Positions 8,542 through 16,031 of a stretch of DNA of 22,747 bases are shown here, one piece after another; positions within the stretch are counted from its first letter, which is position 1, and each line of letters opens with the position of its first letter. The stretch spans positions 1 through 22,747 of the forward strand of contig DASSXV010000068.1 of NCBI GenBank assembly GCA_035703635.1, in the 5' to 3' direction. The translations under genes and the position numbers were made by a program. This DNA is from Trueperaceae bacterium (GTDB lineage Bacteria; Deinococcota; Deinococci; Deinococcales; Trueperaceae). The notes below the pieces were generated by a model. The model was given only the letters and a program-made list of their open reading frames with translations. It ran no database searches and was not told the DNA's origin.

Positions 8542-9915
8542 TCATCCCATCTCCCCAACGATGCGCTCGGTTACCTCGAGCGTCTTGCTGATGTCGGCTG
8601 CGGTGTGGGCGAAAGAGATGCTGCCTTGCTTGGTAGGCGTGGGGAAGTGGAAGACGCCGTTCTCGATGAGACGGTTGCGGTACGCCTTGTCGCGCTCCAT
8701 GTCGTGGTGGCGGGCGATGTCGAGCCAGTCCTTTGGCGCATGGTCCATGAAATAGACGACGAAAGCAGAGCGCTGCCTCACAATCGTGACAGGGTAAGAG
8801 GCTCCGGCAAAGATGCGCTGCAGGCCCTCCTCCATCTGGGCACCCAAGGCGTCGGTGTGGCCGTAAATCTCGTCCGTGCGGCCACGCAGCTTTCGGAGGG
8901 TAGCTATGGCCGCAGCCACGGGGACGGGGTGTCCGTTGTAAGTACCTGCGATCAGGACGCGCTTCTTTGGGTCAGGGTCGGCAGCGTGCGCCATGACCTC
9001 ACGCTTGCCCCCAATGACGCCTAGCGGATAGCCATTGGCGATGGCCTTGCCGAACGTCGATAGGTCCGGGCGCACGCCGCACAGGCTCTGGTAGCCACCT
9101 AGAGCGTGCCGGAAGCCGGTCTTGACCTCGTCGAAGACAAGCACCGTGCCGTAGCGGTCGCACAGTTCGCGCAGGCCCTCGAGGTAACCAGGTTCTGGTT
9201 TGACGATTCCAACGTTCTGCAAGATCGGCTCGAGGATGAGAACGGCGATATCGCCGTCGCGCAGGACCTGCTCGGCAGCTGCAAGGTCGTTGAACTGAAT
9301 GACGTAAGTATTCGCTTTGACTGTCGCCGGAATACCTGTGCTTAGTGGCCGCAGGTTCAGACCGCGGCCGTCGTCCCGCGTGGTCTGGGCTTCGGCTGGG
9401 TCCATGAGGTTGAACGCAACGTCATCCTCCCAGCCGTTGTAGCCGCCTTGGACGAGTAGCACGCCGTCGCGGCCGGTGTGGGCGCGCGCCAGGCGAATGG
9501 CATAGGACGTCGCCTCCGAGCCCGTGTTAGTCACCTGGACCTGGTCGAGCGTCGGAACGCTTTCGACGATCAGTTCGGCGAGCTCTCCCTCCCAGGCAGT
9601 CGTGCCCGCCCCGAATAGCGAGGCGCCGCTCTTAATCACGTCAATGACGGCACCGTCCACCTCAGGGTCGCCGTGGCCGAGGAAGTACGGAGCGAAGGCG
9701 GCGTGATAGTCGATGAAGCGGTTGCCTTCGATGTCCCAGAGGTATGCGCCCTTACCCCGCTCGAATACTCGAACGGGTTCGATATGGCGATTCAGCGAGA
9801 AGAGCCCTCCCGGGATGTAACGCTGGTTGCGTTCCCAAATCCGCTGGGTGGCGGCCGCAAGGGAAGCACCCGGAGAGTTGGGGTTCGAAGCGTGGGTACT
9901 CTGCGTCTTCTGCAT
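8542..9915 (-). CDS. Class III PLP aminotransferase, glutamate-1-semialdehyde aminomutase-like (probably not HemL)
   Basis: GKGAYLWDIEGNRFIDY, NTGSEAT, ILEP, VFDEVKTGFR, TFGKAIANGYP and AGTYNGHP. SD ggagg favours the ATG at 9915/9918 over the GTG at 9960. Confidence 0.88.
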   Translation of the reverse strand: MQKTQSTHASNPNSPGASLAAATQRIWERNQRYIPGGLFSLNRHIEPVRVFERGKGAYLWDIEGNRFIDYHAAFAPYFLGHGDPEVDGAVIDVIKSGASLFGAGTTAWEGELAELIVESVPTLDQVQVTNTGSEATSYAIRLARAHTGRDGVLLVQGGYNGWEDDVAFNLMDPAEAQTTRDDGRGLNLRPLSTGIPATVKANTYVIQFNDLAAAEQVLRDGDIAVLILEPILQNVGIVKPEPGYLEGLRELCDRYGTVLVFDEVKTGFRHALGGYQSLCGVRPDLSTFGKAIANGYPLGVIGGKREVMAHAADPDPKKRVLIAGTYNGHPVPVAAAIATLRKLRGRTDEIYGHTDALGAQMEEGLQRIFAGASYPVTIVRQRSAFVVYFMDHAPKDWLDIARHHDMERDKAYRNRLIENGVFHFPTPTKQGSISFAHTAADISKTLEVTERIVGEMG

Positions 9916-10038
9916 CATCGCCTCCGCGTCGCGGGCTGCTACTTCCGCGCCTTTTCTCACATGGCCCGACTCGAGCTCGCTGACTCGCCTAGCGCGCTTG
10001 GAGTCAAATCCGTCCGGTCAACCGGCGGCCTTACGGTG

Positions 10039-10068
10039 AATCACATCGTATAATTTATCCTATATCGC
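10039..10068. promoter_or_regulatory. Divergent promoter core with putative operator half-sites
   Basis: The only AT-rich patch between the divergent genes. Perfect TATAAT at 10049-10054, with repeats ATCGTATA (10045-10052) and ATCCTATA (10057-10064). Confidence 0.55.
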
Positions 10069-10131
10069 ACGCAGGGGTGCCAGCTATCGGCGCGCGCTCC
10101 GATACCCGGCGCGCGCCACGGGAGGCAGACG

Positions 10132-11238
10132 TTGACTATCGAGAGCGTCGTCGCACATACGCTTCGGCTACAGCTCGAGCGCCCCGTGCGCACCAGCAAC
10201 CTCGTCATAAAGGAGCGCGAGTTCGTGTTCGTTGAGGTGCGGGCCCGCAAAGCTCCTGGCCTCTGCGGGTACGGTTTCGGCTTCACGCGCGGCGGTCTTG
10301 TTGCAGAGACAATCAACCGAACGCTTCGCCCACTGCTCGAGGGGCGCGAGTCGGGCGAGATTCACACGCGTTGGCGTGACATGTACCTCGGCACGCGCTA
10401 CCTGGGCAGGAAGGGACTGCTGATGCGGGCCATCAGCGCCGTTGACCTTGCCCTGTGGGATCTCAAGGGCAAAGCCATCGGGGCTCCCTTATGGAGCATG
10501 CTCGGGGGCTCGAGTACTCCGGTGCCAGCGTTCGTCGCAGGCGGTTACTACGGTCCAGGTACTGAACCAAGCGCCGTCGTTGAGGAGTTCGCTCAATACG
10601 CTGACGCTGGCTTCCAGGGCGCAAAGCTCAACGTCGGCGGGCTCAGCCTGGCAGCCGACATAGAGCGCGTTGCTGCCGCACGAACCGCCCTTGGTGAGGT
10701 CACAGCGCTCATGGTGGACTTCAACGGCTCCCTCCACGACGCTAAAGAAGGGTTGCGGTGGGCGGAAGCCCTCGCCCCGTTCAGGCCAGCCTTCCTCGAA
10801 GAGCCGTTCCTTATGGACGACCTCCCGTCACTCCGCGAGTTCTATGAACGTTGTGACTTGCCCGTAGCTCTGGGCGAAGACGAGTCGGGTCGCTGGGCTT
10901 TCGCCGAACTCATGCAGCCTCGCACCCTCGACGTTCTGCGCCATGACGCCACGCTCGTCGGTGGCGTCTCCGAATGGCTGAAGGTGGCCGGGCTGGGGCT
11001 TGCACACCGCGTTGACCTGTTCCCCCACTGGTTCCCCGAGGTACACATCCACCTGGCAGCGACATTCCCAGAATGCAAAGGCGTCGAGTTGATTGCGCCG
11101 GAAGCAGGCATCATGAACTTCCATGAACTACTCCACAACCCCGTTTCTCAACGCGGGGGTTACGCCGACGTGCCGGACGGGCCAGGGCTCGCGATCGAGT
11201 GGGACCTGGACGCCATCGAGAAGGCGGTGGTGGCGTGA
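10132..11238 (+). CDS. Mandelate racemase/muconate lactonising enzyme family protein
   Basis: AISAVDLALWDLKGK, metal ligands D(VDFN), E(EEP) and E(GED), and an H/D dyad (PHW, RHDA). TTG start after SD gggagg. Confidence 0.9.
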   Translation: MTIESVVAHTLRLQLERPVRTSNLVIKEREFVFVEVRARKAPGLCGYGFGFTRGGLVAETINRTLRPLLEGRESGEIHTRWRDMYLGTRYLGRKGLLMRAISAVDLALWDLKGKAIGAPLWSMLGGSSTPVPAFVAGGYYGPGTEPSAVVEEFAQYADAGFQGAKLNVGGLSLAADIERVAAARTALGEVTALMVDFNGSLHDAKEGLRWAEALAPFRPAFLEEPFLMDDLPSLREFYERCDLPVALGEDESGRWAFAELMQPRTLDVLRHDATLVGGVSEWLKVAGLGLAHRVDLFPHWFPEVHIHLAATFPECKGVELIAPEAGIMNFHELLHNPVSQRGGYADVPDGPGLAIEWDLDAIEKAVVA

Positions 11239-12041
11239 GCGGCGGTACGCAACCCAGAGGCAACCAGGGCCCTGACGGCCTAAGAGGACGAGTAGCGCTC
11301 ATTACAGGCGCCGCGCGCGGCATAGGCCTGGCGATCGCAACGGCCATGGCTCATGCTGGCGCCAAAGTCTCCCTTGCCGACGTGGACGGCGCGGCGGCTA
11401 GCGCCGCAGTAACGGAGTTGGCTGATCAGCCAGGCCTAACGCAAGCGGAACTCCACGCGGCCAGCGTCGACGTTAGCGATAGTGCTCAGGTTCGTACTTG
11501 GGTCGAGCAGGTAGGAGAGCGCTGGGGCAGCATCGACATCCTCGTGAACAACGCAGGTGTGCAGTTCAACTGCGCGGCAGAAGACCTGAGCGACGCCGAC
11601 TGGCAACGCGTTCTGGCGATCGACCTTACAGGTGCCTTTTACTGCAGCCGCGAAGCTGGCACCGTGATGCTGGCACAAGGCCGCGGCACCATCATCAACA
11701 TCGCCTCCATAGCTGCTCGCTTTGGAATGCCGCGCCGCTTGCCATACGTGGTGAGCAAAGCAGGGGTAACAGCGCTTACGCGCGGCCTAGCGACCGAATG
11801 GGCAGATCGTGGTGTACGGGTCAACGCAATCGGGCCTGGTTACGTCGAGACCGACTTAGTCCGATACGCCTTCGAGCAGGGCCACATCGACCGGGATGCC
11901 ATCGTCGCCAAGATCCCGATTGGTCGCCTTGCCCAGTCGCGTAGCATCGCCGACGCCGCGATTTTCCTCGCGTCAGACGCCGCGGATTACATCACGGGGC
12001 AGACGCTCTACGTCGATGGTGGGTACAGCGTCTTCAAGTGA
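11235..12041 (+). CDS. SDR family NAD(P)-dependent oxidoreductase
   Basis: TGAARGIG, Asp after beta-2 (LADVD, NAD preference), NNAG, S...YVVSK, RVNAIGPG and TGQTLYVDGG. The GTG at 11235 overlaps the upstream TGA (GTGA). Confidence 0.92.
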   Translation: MSGGTQPRGNQGPDGLRGRVALITGAARGIGLAIATAMAHAGAKVSLADVDGAAASAAVTELADQPGLTQAELHAASVDVSDSAQVRTWVEQVGERWGSIDILVNNAGVQFNCAAEDLSDADWQRVLAIDLTGAFYCSREAGTVMLAQGRGTIINIASIAARFGMPRRLPYVVSKAGVTALTRGLATEWADRGVRVNAIGPGYVETDLVRYAFEQGHIDRDAIVAKIPIGRLAQSRSIADAAIFLASDAADYITGQTLYVDGGYSVFK

Positions 12042-12076
12042 CGGTCCCGGTACAAGGTGCGGTAGCGACTTCAACG

Positions 12077-12862
12077 CTATTCCGGCTCTTGCGCCAGCGC
12101 GTCGTGGACCACCCTCCCGAACGGAAGGCTGAAGTCCGCGCGCCACAGATAGCCGACCTCAACGGACTTCACGGGCAACAGATGTAGCGGGAACTGAGCG
12201 TTCGGCCTCAGCTCCACCGTGGCGGGCCCCTTCCAACACTCGTGAACCACGACATCAGTCAAGATGCGTGCGGTGACCTGACGAACGGCCGACTCACCAG
12301 TGATGTGTGGAATCACCTTGTAGTTGAGGTTCGTCGCGAAAGGCACTACGGCCTGCAGCTCGGCGATGTCGCCCGGCTGTTGCTTGAACGGCGTCGTGAC
12401 CGTCGCCACGTCTAGCCCGTTGCGCGCCGCCACGCCTACCACCAGGTCGCCCCTTACCTCTATCTTGGGTTCGCCGAGTTTCTTGGGCTGACCGTACACC
12501 TCGCGGCCGGTAGCCAGGCCGCCGTCCGTGCTCAGCATTAAGAGCGACGAGTAGGCGCCGCGGACCTCTTCCCCATCGTCCGCCCTCAACCGGGCATCGA
12601 GTTGTACGGCGAACTCCTGGTGCGGTCCGAACCAGTCCGGGTCGCTCATGCGGTAGAAGTGCAGCAACACGATATCGCTGACCGCCTCCAAGGGTGGTGG
12701 CAAGAACCGCGCGATCGCGCTTGGCGCCGACCTGTACGCGACCGTAAGAACCGTAGTGTCGCGGAAGCGAATCGGGAACCGTGGAACCAACGGAGCGCCT
12801 ATCGGGGTCGAGAACGCGTCCGCGAATTTCTGCGCGCTGTCGTCGTCACGCTCTGCACTCAT
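12077..12862 (-). CDS. Acetoacetate decarboxylase-like superfamily protein
   Basis: FSTP..P..PR.P..F N-terminus, GREVYGQPKKLG (Schiff-base Lys), YKVIP, VHECWKGP and LPVK. The ATG at 12862 overlaps the upstream stop (ATGA). Confidence 0.88.
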   Translation of the reverse strand: MSAERDDDSAQKFADAFSTPIGAPLVPRFPIRFRDTTVLTVAYRSAPSAIARFLPPPLEAVSDIVLLHFYRMSDPDWFGPHQEFAVQLDARLRADDGEEVRGAYSSLLMLSTDGGLATGREVYGQPKKLGEPKIEVRGDLVVGVAARNGLDVATVTTPFKQQPGDIAELQAVVPFATNLNYKVIPHITGESAVRQVTARILTDVVVHECWKGPATVELRPNAQFPLHLLPVKSVEVGYLWRADFSLPFGRVVHDALAQEPE

Positions 12863-13635
12863 CTGCTCAACCACCCTCCATCAACTACCACCGTCGTGCC
12901 GTGCATGAAGTCCGATGCTGGCGATGCTAAGAACAGACATGCGCCGTCGATCTCGTCCGCCCTGCCCCAGCGTCCGGCTGGCACGCGCACCAGCAACTCG
13001 CGCTCCCTGACTGGGTCGGCCTTGAGGTCGGCCAGTAGGTCGGTGTCCATGTACCCGGGGGCAATTGCGTTTACGTTAACGCCGCGGCTGGCCCACTCGT
13101 TGGCAAGCGCTTGCGTGAGGCCCACCAACCCATGGCGGCTGGCAGCGTAAGCAGGCACCGTGTAGCCGCCCTGGAACGCCAGTACAGATGCGATGTTGAT
13201 GATCTTGCCTGACCCCTGCGCCAGCATCTCGCGCCCGGCCCGTAGGCATAGCGCGAACACGGTGCCCATGCTCAACTCCACCACTTCGTCCCACTCTGCT
13301 GCCGTCCACTCGAGCGCTGGCTTGCGCACGAAGGTGCCGGCGTTATTAACGAGCACGTCGACGCTGCCCCAACTGCTCAGGCACGTCGCAACAACTTCCT
13401 CCACCCCGGCGGGAGTGGTTTGGTCGCAGACCACCTGTACCGCCTCGCCACCCACAGCTCGAACGCGTTCGTGGGTGGCATCAAGGTTGGCCTGCCTACC
13501 GACCAGCACGAGTTTCGCGCCTGCACGCGCCAAGGCTACGGCCATAGAAGCACCAAGCCCGCGGCTCGCTCCCGTCACGATTGCGGACTTGCCAGTGAGA
13601 CCGAACAACTCTTCAAGGTAAGACAGAGACTCCAA
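12859..13635 (-). CDS. KduD-like SDR (2-keto-3-deoxygluconate dehydrogenase-like) with an atypical YxxxR motif
   Basis: TGASRGLG, NNAG, GKIINIASVLAFQGG..VPAYAASR, ANEWA..GVNVNAIAPGY, PAGRWG and VDGGWLSR closely follow KduD. SD tgaggag precedes the TTG. Confidence 0.85.
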   Translation of the reverse strand: MESLSYLEELFGLTGKSAIVTGASRGLGASMAVALARAGAKLVLVGRQANLDATHERVRAVGGEAVQVVCDQTTPAGVEEVVATCLSSWGSVDVLVNNAGTFVRKPALEWTAAEWDEVVELSMGTVFALCLRAGREMLAQGSGKIINIASVLAFQGGYTVPAYAASRHGLVGLTQALANEWASRGVNVNAIAPGYMDTDLLADLKADPVRERELLVRVPAGRWGRADEIDGACLFLASPASDFMHGTTVVVDGGWLSR

Positions 13636-13646
13636 TGTGCAGCTCC

Positions 13647-13790
13647 TCAGGTCATCTGGTGTGGGTCGAAGGCATCACGAACGGCGTCGCCGACAAAATT
13701 GAAGCTCAGGGCGGCCTCAACGAGGATGGCCACAGCGAAGGCAGGGGTTCGAGAGGAGCATGGGAACCGTGAGGTTGAGGTACACGGTGG
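13647..13790 (-). pseudogene. Remnant of a DppC/OppC-type ABC permease C-terminus
   Basis: 13742-13647 translates AFAVAILVEAALSF|NFVGDAVRDAFDPHQMT*, and a neighbouring frame just upstream gives NLTVPMLL. These match DppC motifs LPN..P, AIL.EAALSF and N..GD.LRDA.DP, with the intervening segment deleted. Confidence 0.75.
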
Positions 13791-13799
13791 TGGTCTACG

Positions 13800-14061
13800 C
13801 CAATTGACGTGTAGAGGTCCGCGACAACTGAGTGGGTGACGCCACCGACAAGGCGGATGTCGGTGGCGACCGCCTCAAGTGCGCTCGCGCTGCGACCGGC
13901 CATGCAAACGCTGGCTCCCTGGGCGGCATGTGCCACGGCCATGGCAGTGCCGAAGGGCGGCTCGCTCCCGTCACCAAGGTGCGCTTGCCTACTAGCGGCC
14001 CCGAACCCGGAGACCCATGACTTCGGGCGTACGCGGCTGTCTCACCGTCAGGCACGATCAT
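13800..14061 (-). pseudogene. Frameshifted, truncated SDR N-terminus
   Basis: The ATG at 14061 is coupled to the upstream stop (TGATG): MIVPDG...LVGKRTLVTGASR. After a frameshift near 13955 it continues FGTAMAVAHAAQGASVCMAGRSASALEAVATDIRLVGGVTHSVVADL. No catalytic half follows. Confidence 0.8.
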
Positions 14062-14891
14062 CAGTACCCTCCAGCCAGAGCCAGGGCGTTGGCGGACATT
14101 CCGCCATCGACCACGATCTCGATTCCAGTGATAAATGAGGCATCGTGCGAGCACAGGAACGCGGCGGTGGCGGATACGTCGTCCGGGACGCCGCGGCGGC
14201 CGACTGGATGACGCGCCCTAACTTCCTCTGCGCGCGCAGCCGCTGCTGCCGGCTCCATAGCGTCGAGCTGAGCCTGCCAAATGGCCGTGTCGATGTAACC
14301 AGGGGAGATTGCGTTGACACGCACATTCGGCCCAAGGTCCAGGGCTAGGGCGCGAGTCATGCCAAGCACGCCAGCCTTCGCCCCGCTGTATGCGACGTAG
14401 CCCTTCGCCGAGAACCATGCCATGACCGACGAGATATTGACGATCGCACCCTGGCCCGTGGCGACGAGGTGCGGTGCAGCAGCGCGCGACACGCGGTATA
14501 CCCCACCTAGATCGATATCCATCACGCGCGCATATTCTGCCTCGGTTAGCTCGGCGAGTGACGTGCCGCCAGACACCCCTGCAGAGTTCACGAGATGATC
14601 GATGCGACCATGATCAGTGACGACGGCCGCGATTAGTTCGTCGACGGACGCAGCATTGGCTACGTCAACGTGGAATGCGGTCGCCCGCACGCCGCTACCT
14701 CTCACCTCTGCAGCGGCGGCTTCGGCCGCGGACATGTCGATGTCGGCAATCACGACAGTGGCACCCAGCGCGGCGAAGCGCCGTGCGACGCCTTGGCCAA
14801 TGCCTGAGCCACCGCCGGTCACGATCGTGACCGTGTCTGCAAAGGGCCTATTGCCGGTCATCTGGCTCGTCTTGCCGTCATGCTCACCCAC
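14061..14891 (-). CDS. SDR family NAD(P)-dependent oxidoreductase
   Basis: TGGGSGIG, IADID, NSAG, NISS, YSGAK, RVNAISPGYIDT and ITGIEIVVDGG. SD aagggag favours the GTG at 14891 (alternative ATG at 14912). Confidence 0.92.
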   Translation of the reverse strand: MGEHDGKTSQMTGNRPFADTVTIVTGGGSGIGQGVARRFAALGATVVIADIDMSAAEAAAAEVRGSGVRATAFHVDVANAASVDELIAAVVTDHGRIDHLVNSAGVSGGTSLAELTEAEYARVMDIDLGGVYRVSRAAAPHLVATGQGAIVNISSVMAWFSAKGYVAYSGAKAGVLGMTRALALDLGPNVRVNAISPGYIDTAIWQAQLDAMEPAAAAARAEEVRARHPVGRRGVPDDVSATAAFLCSHDASFITGIEIVVDGGMSANALALAGGY

Positions 14892-14930
14892 GTAATTCTC
14901 CCTTCGCGCCATTCGGTGCGGGAAAATACT

Positions 14931-15947
14931 TCATGCCCTGCTCCACACGCGCTCGCGCCCGCGCATGCCTATACGCGCGAAGCCTCTCGCTACCAGCGCC
15001 TCAAGGTGCGCTTGCACGCTGAAGGCAGCGGTTACAGACGGCTCCACGCCGGGCGCCGCCACAGGCACTACCTCTCCGGTTAGTTCCCTCAAAGTCATGT
15101 CATCTCGGAGGGCGGCCCGAACTGCACCATCAAGGCGCCGCACGAACGCCTCGCTGAGATCGCAAAACGCCGTCACCCGTGAACCGCGCATGACCGGGAA
15201 GTGGGCCGTGCATAGCACCTTGACTCCAAGGTGGCGGATTCTGCTGATGGTGCCAAGGTAAGCGGCCACATCGAGGTAAGACGGGATCGCGTCCAGTTTC
15301 CCACCCGCCCACTGCCCATCACCTAGGATCGCGTCCGACGCCAACAACACGCCGCGCTCAGCGTTCCACAGACCAATGTGTCCGGCGGAGTGCCCTGGTA
15401 AAGGCACCACGCTCAACTGCCCACCATTAGCAAGTGGGAAACGGTCGCCAGATACCAAAGCCGTGACCGGCGTCGGCGACCCAAGCAAGCTGGCCACCCA
15501 CTTCTTGGCTGCCGCTGGCGTGGGGTACTCGAGCTCCAGCCAGTCGTAGTATTCGCTCAGGTGCAAGTCAGGGTCACTCGCCCAGGCCACGTCGTTCTCA
15601 TGCGCGTAAAGGCGGCAAGCCGGGTTAGCCGCTAGCAGCTCCGCATTACCGCCGAAGTGGTCGGCGTGGGCGTGGCAAATAACGCCCGTGTCGATTACTG
15701 CGCCGGGCTGCAACTGTTGGAGCGCTGGCAGGACCAGGGCGTCGATATTGCCGACGCAACCCGTATCAGTAACCAACCACCCCGCCTGCGTGCCGGGCTG
15801 CTCCGGCCGCACTGGCTGGTCGACGGCTTCAACAGGACCAACGCCCTCAACCAAGTAGAGCGCAAGTGGCATGCTGGTGCCGGTCACGACCGTGTCGATG
15901 CGGTGCAGTCCATCGTCTACCTGCGATAGTCCGGCGGCGCCGTTCAC
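14931..15947 (-). CDS. MBL-fold metallo-hydrolase with a C-terminal winged-helix-like tail
   Basis: DTG, HAHADH, PGHSAGH, SDA and TAH metal-binding motifs, plus AHLEALVARG at the C-terminus. The start is uncertain: GTG 15947 (coupled to a mini-ORF) or GTG 16001. Confidence 0.87.
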   Translation of the reverse strand: MNGAAGLSQVDDGLHRIDTVVTGTSMPLALYLVEGVGPVEAVDQPVRPEQPGTQAGWLVTDTGCVGNIDALVLPALQQLQPGAVIDTGVICHAHADHFGGNAELLAANPACRLYAHENDVAWASDPDLHLSEYYDWLELEYPTPAAAKKWVASLLGSPTPVTALVSGDRFPLANGGQLSVVPLPGHSAGHIGLWNAERGVLLASDAILGDGQWAGGKLDAIPSYLDVAAYLGTISRIRHLGVKVLCTAHFPVMRGSRVTAFCDLSEAFVRRLDGAVRAALRDDMTLRELTGEVVPVAAPGVEPSVTAAFSVQAHLEALVARGFARIGMRGRERVWSRA

Positions 15948-16031
15948 GTGTTTGCACTTGCGGCGATGAACCTCATTACCCTCCGCCTCCTTCTGGAACA
16001 CCTACTTGCCCGGACTTCCGGCGTCGCGATG

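Noticed and set aside
13706-14154. ORFs 13706..13942 and 13795..14154 as independent small genes
   Set aside because: They are two frames of one frameshifted SDR remnant.
14931-15947. MBL-fold gene as a beta-lactam resistance gene, together with the CefD-like gene
   Set aside because: No signal peptide, catabolic operon context, and both folds are functionally broad.
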